Source of the DNA: a virus | Reading direction: 5' to 3' (one strand) | Length of the DNA: 64,000 bases | Virus record (IMG/VR): IMGVR_UViG_3300045988_177924 | Shown: positions 35,749 to 47,700 of the stretch, piece by piece | How the letters are laid out: each line of letters begins with the position of its first letter | Position numbering within the stretch: position 1 is the stretch's first letter | The notes under the pieces: generated by a model | The model's database searches: none | Told to the model about the DNA's origin: nothing | What the model saw: the letters and a program-made list of their open reading frames with translations, nothing else | Program-made: the position numbers and the translations under genes

Positions 35749-37854
35749 ATGCCTATTTATATTTATAAAGGGAATAGTCAAATTAGCACAAATGCTGTAA
35801 GAAATGATAAAGTAGTTAAAGCAATTTACGCCAAAGAACAAGGACAAGAAGCTGTGTGTGTATGGGGTGGTGGCGTAAATCTTTTGCCTTTTGCGTACAC
35901 TAAAGATGCTACTTCGGTAACGATTACTGGATTAAGGACCGGTCTTACCTGGGAGCACTTAACCATTCCTGAAAGAGTTGAAAATTTACCAGTTACTCAA
36001 ATAACATCAAACGCATTTAAGGATAGCACAACACTTCAATCAATTGAATTGCCCAATTCCTTAATTAGTATTGGTAATGATGCTTTCAATGGCTGTACCG
36101 GGCTTACGAGCATCACAATCCCCGACAGTGTCACAAGCATAGGCTCTGATGCCTTCCGTGGTTGCACAGGTCTTACTAATATAATAATCCCTAATGGTGT
36201 GACGTATATCAGCGCTGCCTTTAGAGATTGTGCATCGCTTGAAAGCATAACGATTCCGTTTGTTGGCGCCTATGACCCAGAGGGGTTTGGATACGATGAG
36301 GTGTTTGGCTATATATTTGGATATACTACGACAAGCAGTGAGTCCTCGGTACCAGGAGCGACTTATCAATATTATTATGGTGGTTCTTCCAGGTATTTTT
36401 ATTACTACATACCATCAAGCATAAAGTCCGTAATTATAAGAGGGGGAAACATTCCATCCTGTGCTTTCAAAAATTGCACCGAACTCACAAGCATAACAAT
36501 CCCTGACAGCGTCACAAATATTGGCGATGATGCCTTCTCGGGTTGTACTAGTTTGACAAGCATAACGATTCCCGACAGCGTGACGAGCATCAGCTCTAAT
36601 GCCTTCGCGGGTTGCACGGGGCTTACGAGCATTACAATTCCTGATAGCGTAACGAGCATAGACCGCAATGCCTTCGATAATACAGCATGGTACAACAATC
36701 AGCCTGACGGTCTTGTATATGTGGGTAAATTCGCTTATAAGTACAAAGGCGAGATGTCAAGTGATACCTCGATTGTTTTAAAAGAAGGAACATTAGGTAT
36801 TAGTAATTATGCCCTTAGTGATTACAGAGGTCTTACGAGCGTTACAATCCCTGACAGCGTGACGAACATTGGTGATTCTGCCTTTTGGGCTTGCTCTAAT
36901 CTTACGAGCGTAACAATAGGCAACAGTGTGACAAGCATCGGCGATGATGCCTTCTCCGGTTGCACCAGGCTTACGAGCATAACAATCCCCGACAGCGTGA
37001 TGAGTATCGGCGATGATGCCTTCTATGGCACTACTTGGTACAACAATCAACCTGATGGACTTGTGTACGCAGGTAAAGTCGCTTATAAGTATAAAGGAAC
37101 TATGCCAAGCAACACCTCGATTGTATTAAACGAAGGAACATTGGGCATTGCCGATTTGGCCTTCTATGGTTGCAGCAGCTTGACGAGCATAACTATCCCA
37201 AACAGCGTGACGAGCATCGGCGAGCGTGCCTTCGATGGTTGCACCGGACTTACGAGTGTGACAATCGGAAATAGCGTGACGAGCATCGACGATGAGGCTT
37301 TCCGTAATTGCAGTGGTTTAACAAGCATCACAATCCCCGACAGCGTGACGAGCATCGGCGTTCAGGCCTTCTCTGATTGCACAGGGCTTACAAGTGTGAC
37401 AATAGGCAACGGTGTGAAGAGTATAGACTATTGGGCCTTTCTTCGTTGCACGGGGCTTACGAGTATCACGATCCCTGATAGTGTGACGAGTCTTGGCAAG
37501 CAGGTTTTCCAGGATTGTGCTGGGCTTACGAGCGTGACAATTGGAAACGGCGTTACGCGCATCAGAAGGTATGCCTTCGATGGTTGTACAAGTTTGACCA
37601 ATATAACGATTCCTGACGGTGTGACGAGCATCGACGTTGCCGCCTTCTGTGATTGTACTAGTTTGACACACATAACGATTCCAAACAGCGTGACGCGCAT
37701 TGGCGGAATAGTCTGCCGTAACTGCACTGGTCTTACAAACATTATATTTAAGGGTACAAAAGCACAATGGAATGCAATAACAAAGAGCACTTCGTGGAAC
37801 TCCAACACAGGTAATTATACGATCCATTGTACAGATGGAGATATACCGAAATAA
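35749..37854 (+). CDS. BspA-type leucine-rich-repeat (LRR_5) surface-binding protein, 701 aa
   Basis: About 20 tandem copies of L(T/E)SITIP(D/N)SVTSIG..AF.GC.. Confidence 0.85.
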   Translation: MPIYIYKGNSQISTNAVRNDKVVKAIYAKEQGQEAVCVWGGGVNLLPFAYTKDATSVTITGLRTGLTWEHLTIPERVENLPVTQITSNAFKDSTTLQSIELPNSLISIGNDAFNGCTGLTSITIPDSVTSIGSDAFRGCTGLTNIIIPNGVTYISAAFRDCASLESITIPFVGAYDPEGFGYDEVFGYIFGYTTTSSESSVPGATYQYYYGGSSRYFYYYIPSSIKSVIIRGGNIPSCAFKNCTELTSITIPDSVTNIGDDAFSGCTSLTSITIPDSVTSISSNAFAGCTGLTSITIPDSVTSIDRNAFDNTAWYNNQPDGLVYVGKFAYKYKGEMSSDTSIVLKEGTLGISNYALSDYRGLTSVTIPDSVTNIGDSAFWACSNLTSVTIGNSVTSIGDDAFSGCTRLTSITIPDSVMSIGDDAFYGTTWYNNQPDGLVYAGKVAYKYKGTMPSNTSIVLNEGTLGIADLAFYGCSSLTSITIPNSVTSIGERAFDGCTGLTSVTIGNSVTSIDDEAFRNCSGLTSITIPDSVTSIGVQAFSDCTGLTSVTIGNGVKSIDYWAFLRCTGLTSITIPDSVTSLGKQVFQDCAGLTSVTIGNGVTRIRRYAFDGCTSLTNITIPDGVTSIDVAAFCDCTSLTHITIPNSVTRIGGIVCRNCTGLTNIIFKGTKAQWNAITKSTSWNSNTGNYTIHCTDGDIPK

Positions 37855-37880
37855 TGATTAACATCAATAAATACACATAA

Positions 37881-38227
37881 ACTTAAATAATAGACGGGGG
37901 TGTGGCAACCCCGTCGAGCTTTAAGTGAAAACGATCTTAAAGCTTTTATTTTCGGCTTAATTTGAAAACGATAAGGAGGCCCGAATGGCTGCTGAAAAAA
38001 AAATAACTTCTAGAATACAACAAAAGCACGACACTGCTGCCAACTGGGCAAACGCAACGACTTTTATTCCCAAAAAGGGAGAAATTGTGATATATGATGC
38101 GGAATATAACACCAGCGGAGTCCAGACACAAGCAGTGCGTTTTAAAATTGGCGACGGTTCGAGAACGATCAACAATCTCCCGTTTGCCCTAATAGATTAT
38201 GACAATAGAATTACTAGTCTCGAAAGC
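37881..38227 (+). repeat. direct repeat copy B (347 bp)
   Basis: See copy A. Confidence 0.8.
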
Positions 38228-39367
38228 ACGGTCAATGGACTAGGCACTGCTGCTCAAAAAGACGTAGGGTTCTTTGCTACCGCAGCACAAGGCACAAAAG
38301 CAGACAACGCTGTACCCAACACAAGAAAAGTTAATAATAAAGCTCTAAGTACAGACATTAAACTAGAACCAAGCGATGTGGGTGTCACAGAATCCGCGTT
38401 CCCTGGTTTGAATAAAACTGGTACTATTACTGAAATTAAGATGAACGGTGCAAGCAAGGGTACTAGCGGTGTTGTTGATTTGGGAACTGTTTTAACATCC
38501 TCTGACAATCTTGCAAAACTTGATACTGAAAACACCTTTACCGCTAAACAGACAATAAATTCTGGTTATGGCACTGTCAGCTTAAAAACACAGGGATATG
38601 TGGAAATAAACGCATCCTGGTTAAGCGGAAACTTGGGGGGTTTGTTAGGCATAAAACGTGACGATACAAGTGGTAGAATATATGCCGTCGCTACGAAGAA
38701 CTTAGGGCTTGTTAGCGCTATCAGGATTAATAATTCTACCAAACAACCCGATGGCGACTGCGTTGTCGACCTTGGAACTGTTTTAACTACTCATCAAACT
38801 ATTAAAACACTAAAAACAAATAACGATACAGCACAAGAAGTAAGTGCAAGTGAAGCTATTTCAGGGTCAGGAACAATAAATCTACACAAAGTTGCAAAAA
38901 CTGGCAATTATAATGATTTATCTAATAGGCCAACGATTCCAACAGATACTGGTGCCACGAGTGTAGAAGTGACTGGAACAGGTAATGCTGTTACTGCGGC
39001 GTCTTACAACGCTACAAACAGAAAATTAACCTTAACAAAAGGTTCAACATTTCTCACAAGTCATCAAGATATAAGTGGAAAGGCAAACCTTGCTGGAAAT
39101 AACACGTTCACAGGAGGGCAAACAATAACAGGGCAAACTTCTGGCGGATATTCGGTAGACGCAAGCGGATATGTAAGAGGCAGTTGGTTGCAATCAAGTG
39201 TTAAGTCAAATTATGGTAGGGGAACTGGAATGGTTTGTGTATTTGACAGCTCAGGCTGGATATATTACAGGACACCGAGCGAGATTTTGACCGAAGCTGG
39301 CGGTGCCAAGGCAAGCGATATACCCACCTTCGAACTTTCGGGAGACACGTTAATTATCAACTTCTAA
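37985..39367 (+). CDS. tail fibre protein (paralog family 4 of 4), 460 aa
   Basis: MAAEKKITSRIQQKHDTAANW...RFKIGDGSRT anchor. The AFPGLNKTGT.T..KMNG module is shared with 33234. Confidence 0.7.
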   Translation: MAAEKKITSRIQQKHDTAANWANATTFIPKKGEIVIYDAEYNTSGVQTQAVRFKIGDGSRTINNLPFALIDYDNRITSLESTVNGLGTAAQKDVGFFATAAQGTKADNAVPNTRKVNNKALSTDIKLEPSDVGVTESAFPGLNKTGTITEIKMNGASKGTSGVVDLGTVLTSSDNLAKLDTENTFTAKQTINSGYGTVSLKTQGYVEINASWLSGNLGGLLGIKRDDTSGRIYAVATKNLGLVSAIRINNSTKQPDGDCVVDLGTVLTTHQTIKTLKTNNDTAQEVSASEAISGSGTINLHKVAKTGNYNDLSNRPTIPTDTGATSVEVTGTGNAVTAASYNATNRKLTLTKGSTFLTSHQDISGKANLAGNNTFTGGQTITGQTSGGYSVDASGYVRGSWLQSSVKSNYGRGTGMVCVFDSSGWIYYRTPSEILTEAGGAKASDIPTFELSGDTLIINF

Positions 39368-39415
39368 GGTAACATAGTACACAAGGTAATACACAAGGAA
39401 AACAAGGAGAAACGA

Positions 39416-40147
39416 ATGGAAGCAAAATTCCTCAAACGGTTAAGTGATTATAAGTACGCTCTCGTATGCGATTTGGCGCAATACGAGAGCGGCTTTGCTC
39501 TTTTAGATGTATCAACAAATGCCCTCATAGAGGTGCAACAGATATCCGTATCTCGAACGACAGATCAGCCTACCGGTGAAATGTATCAAATGTTCGACGA
39601 GATGGTCAATGACTTCTTGGATAGGTACAATCTTCAGGCAGAAGATTTAATTATTATTAAAGAACAACTGCCTATTAACTGCGGACCACACTCAACGGCT
39701 CAAACATTACAGGCCCTTGCGGCGGCACACGCAGTTTTCAATATCAACACTTATTTAAGAAAACTCTATACTTATTCCAACGGTATTCATTCGATTTCTG
39801 TGAAGACATATTTCAAGAAACTTCTAGGGATTGAGAAACCGCAAAAAGACGACATCCGTGCGGCGGTATGTAAATATTACGACATCGATCCCGAATCGAT
39901 TACGCGCGACGAATCAGACGCCATCGCACTTTGGTTCTGTCTTCGAGGTGCCAAATGGAATAAAGATATAGACGACCAAATTAAACTTGAAAAAAAACAT
40001 CGCAAAACTTTGACAGCAAATCATGCCATCAAAGATGTCGATAATGAAATAGAAAGATTGGAGGGACTCAAATGGGACGAACAACAGTTTACAACGCAAA
40101 TCTCACTCAAGCTTGGCCTTCAGTCAGTAAGCCAAACAGACAATTAG
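39416..40147 (+). CDS. RuvC-like Holliday junction resolvase
   Basis: RNase-H-like acidic pattern: ALVCDLAQYESG, IIIKEQLP, and a C-terminal DESDAIALW typical of RuvC-family resolvases. Confidence 0.55.
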   Translation: MEAKFLKRLSDYKYALVCDLAQYESGFALLDVSTNALIEVQQISVSRTTDQPTGEMYQMFDEMVNDFLDRYNLQAEDLIIIKEQLPINCGPHSTAQTLQALAAAHAVFNINTYLRKLYTYSNGIHSISVKTYFKKLLGIEKPQKDDIRAAVCKYYDIDPESITRDESDAIALWFCLRGAKWNKDIDDQIKLEKKHRKTLTANHAIKDVDNEIERLEGLKWDEQQFTTQISLKLGLQSVSQTDN

Positions 40148-41064
40148 TTAAAGAGTTTATAGATTATTGCAAAGCGAATGACCGCAGTGCGCAAACCATC
40201 AAGCAGTATGAGGCTCAGTTGAAGGTTTTCTTCTGTTGGAATTATACCGAGAATGAAGACAAGTTTTTCATCGATCTCAAAAAGCGAGATTTTGTGAGAT
40301 ACATTGGTTATTTGCGCGGGCTCGGTTTGAGTTCTAATAGGGTGGCTTCTTTAAAGTCCGCCATCAGCAGTCTGTCGAACTGTATTGAGGTTTTGGACGA
40401 AGATTTATATCCAAACTTTAGGAATTTAATCAAAAGCCTTGAACCGGTGCACAAAGAACCAGTACGCGAAAAAACGGTGTTGACCGACGAACAAGTCGAA
40501 GAGTGTTTAGACAAACTCTTGGCACAAGGTCAGTGTCAAATAGCCTGTGCACTCGCATTAAGTTTTGCGTCGGGAATGAGAAAGGCCGAATTGACCAGGA
40601 TGAAGGTTGAGTTTTTTGATGACGCACATTTAATTCTTAATGGTAAAATGTACAAAACGGGTGTCATTAAGACAAAAGGACGCGGCTCAAACGGAAAGCA
40701 GATTCCTAAATATGTATTAAAAAATAAATTTCAACCCTATTTTGATGCTTGGATGAAACAGCGCGAGGAGCGCGGAATAGAATCGCCATGGCTATTTGTG
40801 ACTACCAGTGATGGCAAATTTGTTCAAGCAACGGTGTCGCAAATGAATACGTACGCTGAGAAGATTGGTGCGTTGATGAATGTGCCTTTTTATTTCCACT
40901 GTATGAGACATTTGTGGACAACTAATATGCAAAAAGAAGGTATTTCGGATTCGGCTATTGCTGAAATCCAATCTTGGGATTCTCTTGAAATGGTCAAGAG
41001 ATATTCAGATATTCCGACAGAAGAGCGTTGGGCTCAATTTTTTGTTGGAGACGAAGAGGAGTGA
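40072..41064 (+). CDS. tyrosine site-specific recombinase (XerC/D / phage integrase family)
   Basis: SAM-like N-domain. Catalytic pattern ASGMRKAEL (R), HCMRHLW (HxxR..H/W) and LEMVKRY (Y). RBS GGAGGG. It overlaps the resolvase ORF by 76 nt. Confidence 0.8.
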   Translation: MGRTTVYNANLTQAWPSVSKPNRQLVKEFIDYCKANDRSAQTIKQYEAQLKVFFCWNYTENEDKFFIDLKKRDFVRYIGYLRGLGLSSNRVASLKSAISSLSNCIEVLDEDLYPNFRNLIKSLEPVHKEPVREKTVLTDEQVEECLDKLLAQGQCQIACALALSFASGMRKAELTRMKVEFFDDAHLILNGKMYKTGVIKTKGRGSNGKQIPKYVLKNKFQPYFDAWMKQREERGIESPWLFVTTSDGKFVQATVSQMNTYAEKIGALMNVPFYFHCMRHLWTTNMQKEGISDSAIAEIQSWDSLEMVKRYSDIPTEERWAQFFVGDEEE

Positions 41065-41066
41065 AT

Positions 41067-41723
41067 ATGGAAAACAAGGTTTTATTATCAAATATAGTAT
41101 TAAAATGGCTTCGGTATCGCGAAGCGTTGCAAAAGGGGGAAGCGACCGCCGAGCAAGCGGAAGACTTTGACAAAATCTTCCCTCAAATTTTGGTAAAAGA
41201 TTATTTACCAATGGCCCAAAAAGAAAACTTGGTTGCACAAATTGTATGGTATACTTTTGATAAACAAGCAGACGAGACTTATATAGATTATATGACCAAT
41301 TTTGAAATTTGTTTAATTTTATATGGTCTATTGGGTTATACAACCATCGAAAATGATTTACAAATGGCAGCGTTAAGCTCGGCGATTGTAGACATATTAT
41401 ATGAGTGTGGTTTTGTAGATAAAATTTTAAATTTTTGTAAGAAAGACTACGACCGACTGTGCACAATGGCCGATCGTGCGGTGAACTTTAGAACGGGATT
41501 AGAATTGATTAATTCTATCGCGACGTTTGACCCGCAGCAATTACAAACAGTTACAAAAGAGTTAAAAAACACTGTGGGAGGATTGCAACCCGAAGTGGTT
41601 GAAAACTTGATTAAAATTGCTCACATTAACGATCCGGTGACATTGGCGGTAGCCGATGCTTTGGATAGGTATGGAGTTTTGCAAAGTAAAGAAGAAATTA
41701 TAACAGAAGAGAAGCGGGATTAA
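41067..41723 (+). CDS. hypothetical protein (tail assembly chaperone position)
   Basis: Start moved to ATG 41067, after GAGGAG. Immediately upstream of the tape-measure-containing gene. Confidence 0.45.
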   Translation: MENKVLLSNIVLKWLRYREALQKGEATAEQAEDFDKIFPQILVKDYLPMAQKENLVAQIVWYTFDKQADETYIDYMTNFEICLILYGLLGYTTIENDLQMAALSSAIVDILYECGFVDKILNFCKKDYDRLCTMADRAVNFRTGLELINSIATFDPQQLQTVTKELKNTVGGLQPEVVENLIKIAHINDPVTLAVADALDRYGVLQSKEEIITEEKRD

Positions 41724-41777
41724 GGGCGGATTGGAACCACATTGCCCCGCGCTCATTCATAAAGAGAGGAGGCTATT

Positions 41778-44700
41778 ATGGAAGGAATGGACTATACTCC
41801 CATTTTAACAAGCGTTGGTTCGGCTGATAGTGCAATTATTGCGATGCTCGAAGATTCGCAACTTACCGCAGAGAATTTAGGGACGACAGCCGCATATTTA
41901 ACAGACACTTTAAAAACAACAACTGATAAACAGTTAGAGGCTGCAGTTCAACAACAAAAAATCACACAAGCCCAACAAAAGGCGCTTGCTTGGATTCGAG
42001 ATAATTTTGAACAATTTCCTGGTGAAGTAAGGAAAACTCTTAAAGACACTTTTTCGAGTTTGTCAACACAGATGGCCAAATTGCCTCCCGCTGTAGTCCA
42101 CGAAGCTACTCGAACGTTAGTGTTGCCGTTGGTTGATAAAATTATCGGTAGCTTAAACGATGAGGAAATTGGCCGCTTGGCTATGGCGAAGATAAATCAG
42201 GGTTTAGGTGTGGACAACTTAAACAAGTACTCTGCTGGTTATAGAGCAATCTTTGAACAAATTAACAAAGAGTACAAATCGGTTTTAAAAGATTCTACTG
42301 ACCTTAGTGAACAATTTAAAAAAGCCAAGAAAGCACTTGCTAACACCACTTTAGCGGACTTTTCATCCACGAGTGGCTCGCCAGCGGTGAATAGAGAAAT
42401 TGCCACATTGCTAGATATGGCAAAAAAGGCCAAACAACAAAAAAATCCCGATTACAATCCAACGATAACCAACAAGGATGTTACTGGTAGTGCTCGTAGA
42501 GTAACAAAGGTCGCAGAAAAAATACAACAAAACGCTTTCTCGACGCAGAAAGAAGCGGAAAGTATTATTCTTCAATATTTTGATCCCAAAAAATTGACTC
42601 AAGAGGGGAAAAATCGTGCCAAGCAAGCCGCGGAATATGCTGCTAATATGCAAAAAGCGGGATATGGAGTAAGCTTCGCCCAAGATAACGGTTCTCAAGA
42701 GATTAAAGTTATTGTTTATGACAAAAATAGTGTCAATGCTTTCGATAGAAAGGGAAGGGTAAATCGTCAAAATGCCGCCATTGCTTCTTTTGCGGTTGGG
42801 GGCTTAGATAAGCGAAATGACGATTATGTAATTGATCAAGCCAAGAGAGTGAAAGTGTCGGATGCCGAGGCTCAAAAATTTGTTGAGATGTCTCAACATG
42901 CTCCCAAAACAATCGCAAGTGCGCGTAAACGTATTGGGGACATTAAAAACGAAACTGTTCACAAATCAACCTCAAAGTTTGATCGACAAGACAACCTGTA
43001 TGGTGTTGGCGCAGATAAGGCGTTAGTTGAAAGCAGAACTCGTTTTGAGAATGAGGCGAAACGTTTAGCAAAATTTGAGAAAGATCAAGGTTCTACCATG
43101 ACCGAATCGGAACTCGTTAAGTTGTTTTCTCAAATGTTTGTTAGCTTTGCTGGATTTGGGGAGCGGGATATTGGCGTACAAAAGAGTTTACGAGACCAAC
43201 AAATGAAAAACGGTCTCTCAGACGCAGTTATACGAGAATTTAATAAAAACTTTTCTTGGTTACCTTTGGTTGGCTCAATGGGTGAGGAAGATTCTGGCCA
43301 CTATCGACTGTGGGGCGCCAAAGAAATGAAGGACAAAATGGCCCTCGTAACTCGTAAAATACAAGGTCGTGATATCCAGCCTTACGCTAAACAAGGTAAA
43401 CCCGAACGTGTACAAAACATAGAAGTTGACGTCAACCGTTTGTTTGATCAAGTTGACGATTTGCTTAATAGCGCAGACGACAAAAAACGCGAGGCGGCGC
43501 AACTCCTTGATAAAAATCGTGACTTAATCGAGGGTTTGGTTGATGGTATGGCCCTGGTGTCGAAAGATCAAATTCAAAATTTGGACACAATTCGAGAGGG
43601 CGTATCGGTTAAGATTTCTAAAGCCGATTTGTTCAAATACGGGTTAAAAGGCAAGAAGAAGAAAAGTGCCGAAAACAGACGAAAAGCCTATCAAAAACTT
43701 TTGGCGGCCGAAGGCCGAGAGGCCACGGATGATAATGTTGATTTTTATATTGATCCTGAGACAGGAGATGTAACCTTAACCGGGAAAGAGGTGGTTAGGG
43801 CGCATACGGGTACAAAAGCCAATAGTGCCTACGGTAACTTACGTGTCGTTTATCGTGAAGTAGTTCCAGAAGTTATTAAGGCTATTTCCACAATAACAGG
43901 AGTTGAATTAATGCCCGAAAAAGACTCGCGCGCGACTGTGGTGTCAGCAAGAGAAGAAACCAGTTCAAGAAATATCGGACCGCTTGTAACTAGGGCTATA
44001 GACAACGCGATAAATGAACTAGATAAGAGTCAGATTGAAGCCAGTGTGAACAAACTTGGTACCACAAACCTGTCGACCAACATTGGACAAGCCTTAGTTG
44101 ACGTTTTGTTGAAAAAATTGAGCTTTAGCGATGCTTTGGACAAGTACGTGGGCTCAAACGTATCGGCTCGTACCAAATTTACGGGTGAAACCTTATATCT
44201 GTTAGATGAGTTGACGGGCGGAAAAAATGGATATGAAATTGTTGATGGGAAATTACAAACTAAGGCCCTTGCGTCTAGCTTTACTGATGTTGTTGGCGCA
44301 CGTTATGGTGAATATGAACCAAGAGGTGCGGCCAGCTTGCCAACAAACTGGGAAGTAGAAGATCTTGAACGTTCGGCTCGTGCAGCCGGTGTGGAAATAA
44401 CCCCCGAAAATAGTGATTTTTTACGCACTGTTCAACTTGTTGCTTTTGGAGCAACCGCAAACGATATCGAAGAAAAAAAGAAACTTATACGAGACTATAA
44501 TGAACATATTGAGCGTCAAGCTCAACTAATAGGTTCGCGAGCGGGGTTAAACCCTGATTATATCAATCGAAATGCGGGTGTTAACACAATCGTTGTTGGC
44601 TCAAAAGACATATATGGCAATCAAGCACACTTTATTGACATAAACGCACTTCGTCGCACTGAGAAATTAGACAACGGACAAAGTGATCCCGAACAAAGAG

Positions 44701-47700
44701 GTGAAACCATTTGGGGTAAACTTGATGAGCAGTTGCAATCTATAGACCAAACTCAAGCAAAAATTTTGGTTGATTTGGGCGCGGATATGGGAGAAGCGCG
44801 ATATTTCGATTTGGGCAAATACACTGATGAAATTGGAGATTATAACGAAAGTTTAGAAAGTTTACTTGACGCGGTTCGAACGGGGAAAACAGCGTCCGAA
44901 AAGAAAGACTTGCTAACCGCTGTCTTAAAGGCAGAGGCTTACAACTTTGAAAACACTGGCGGGGCTGTTAATGAACAATTCTTAGCAAAAATGGCTCGCC
45001 ACCAAGAAGAGGCAAGGAAAGCGGCTCAAGAGAGATATGATAAGAAATATAAGAAACGTTTAGCGTACTCTACGTTTTATGGCGAAAATACCAATATTGT
45101 AGCGACAGATACTACGAATGAAGTTGACGCCTTGCAAGAACGCATGAAGGATAGCGGTACTTATGTCGATAAAGAACATATTAGAGCAAGTGTCGCGCTT
45201 GGGTTGAATGCCTATAAGGGTGATGATAATGATGCTTTTGTAAAAAACTTAGCGCAATATTTGCAACTTTTTGCAGAACAGGGGCAAGACAAAGCTATCG
45301 AATCAGCTCTCGCCAATCAAAACTTTAAGAATTTTGCCGAAATGGTCGATTTTGCGACCAATATTTTTACCACGGGAACCTCAGAACATGAGAATTTTTA
45401 TGGCGGCACGAATCCTATTTTAAGTCGCGGTGTTGAAGCTGTATTGGGGAGGCAGCCTTATAGCCAAGCCATTAACTTACAATACGGAGGGTTGGTCTTT
45501 GGTAAAGAGGGCCTAGGAACAAACGTAATCGAAAGTAACCGTGGTCTCAACAAATTGATCATGGGGGATTTTGACGGTGATAAATTATACACCGCTTTAG
45601 TTCAACTTCGACAGGCTGCCCAGCTAATAGGCGCTACTTCCGAACAGTTTGGCTGGTTAGACGAAACCTTGGAAAGAGTCAAACGTTATAATGAATTTTT
45701 ATATAGAGTTATAGGAAAGAATATTCCGGCTATTACCTCATCCGACGCCGACTCATCGGTAATTCTTGATTTGGCGAAAAATCAAGTGTTAAACGATAAG
45801 CAAATGGCAATAGTGCGTTCCTATCAAAACCAGGCGAAAGACAAAACGGGTAACTGGTCCAACGTTGCAAAAGGTGCTCGAAATGTTTTAGAGTTACAAA
45901 AGTTGGGTACGGGTGCTGTTGTAGGCGGAGATTTGAATTCAACTATCGACTTTATTAAGGGGTCGTTTGTTTTTGAAGCACTAGAACAAGCTGAGCAAAA
46001 TGCGATTTCTTCTAAGAAACTTTGGGACGTTGCAATCCAAGATATGCAAACCACGCTTGGTTCCGATTTGGATAAAGTTGATGAACAAACGTTCGCTGAG
46101 CAACTTGACAAGTCTTTTAATATCGCGATTAACAAAGTTATTGATGAAGTTTACAAAAATAAAGCAAATGTGAACGATGTGATTCAAGCCGGTGCGGAAC
46201 AAGGAATCTATAAAGACAACAAATTAGAGGCCTGGCGTTCCCAACGAATATTGGGCACTTTGGCGATGAGCAAAAACGTTTCAGCGTACAAAGCTTTGGA
46301 AGAGTCTGGTATTTCCCCAGGTGACTTGGAAGCAATTGCTCAAATTGTTAAACCGGGCCGGAATTGGGAAAGTTTCAGAGGTCAACAAGGTGACTTTCAA
46401 AGTCAGTTACTGGACCAACTGAATCAAGGCGCTTTTAACCAATTTGGCTTTAGTGTAGACACATTAAAGGCATTTGGCGGCAATTTAGATGATGATTTTT
46501 TAGCGCAGGCTAAACAAGCACACGGGCGATTCCGTGAAGAAACAGGTCCTACAGGGCTTGGTACGGCAGCTGGAGAACTTATCAAAGCTATTAACAAATT
46601 AACGGTAGCAGAGACAAAAGTTGATAAGACAGGATTCGACCCTAAAATTGTTAGTATATTAGAAGAAATTCGAGACTTGCTTGCTAAACAAGGCCGAGGC
46701 GGTCTTAACGGACGTTATGGGCAGACCTATATGACACCAACGGGTATTGTCTCGAGTTTAAATCCTTCTTCGATCGATGAATCGGCTTGGGGTTATTTAC
46801 AGGGAAGAATGTTAGGGTTTAAGGGTTCAAATATCGATTGGACAAAACTAAATGTCAAAGAAAAGGCAAAACAGTTTGGCTACGCGGATATAGAACAATT
46901 TAAACAAGATAGAGAAGGTGTAGTTAGTACGTTTATAGGAACACTAGCTCACGCATTTTCTGAAGGTGAGATTAAACAGGATCCTGAAATTTTTAAACAA
47001 GCAACAAAGGATTTTACACAAGCTTTATCAATGCTGTTTGATAAAAAGGATGTCGACAAATATTTACTTGTTGCAAATGAATATGCACAAAGGGGTTATA
47101 ACGCATACGACCGATTAGCTGGACCAGACGCGTATCGTGCGGCGGAAGAACGGGTGCGATTAAATGAGAATTCTGATGTGGTAAAAGGTAAGACTGACGC
47201 CATTTACACAAGTAAGCGTATGGCTGAAAGTGGTCAAGAATATCAAGTGTTTAATGTTGTTGACTTTAAAAACAAGGCTAAAGTTGATGCTAATAGTATA
47301 GAACAGGTCTTGATTTATGTCGAGATGTACCGCCGTATTAAACAAGATTTGGATAAATTGGTGCGAGAAATTGGAGAAGACGCTGCTTTGGAAAAAATGA
47401 GCAAGCAGACACTCTTGTCGGCTGATACATTACGCCAATTACACGAATCGTTGGATGTTAGTGCTCAAATTGTCCAAAATTATCAAGGGAAAACCAAAGT
47501 GTATGATGTCGCAAATGTTCCCAGAGACATTGCGCAAGCTCTGGTGGAGGGGCGTTCTTTAACGGCAGAACAACAAAAGATTATAAATAATGCTGCCACA
47601 GCGTCGTCGCCACTGACACAAACCATGTCGCCTGATTTCCAAAAAAAATATTATAAGCTCACCGGTGAAATTTTTGGGGTAGATGGGTATAGTAAAAATA

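Noticed and set aside
36000-37830. Highly repetitive DNA, with many minus-strand ORFs, that could be mistaken for a repeat array or CRISPR
   Set aside because: The repeats are in-frame ~23-aa BspA-type LRR units of one 701-aa + strand ORF. The antisense ORFs are artefacts of the repeat.
40072-41064. Calling the tyrosine recombinase a lysogeny integrase with an adjacent attP
   Set aside because: There is no intergenic space or recognisable arm/core repeats next to the gene, and no repressor or excisionase nearby in this window. The function is left open.
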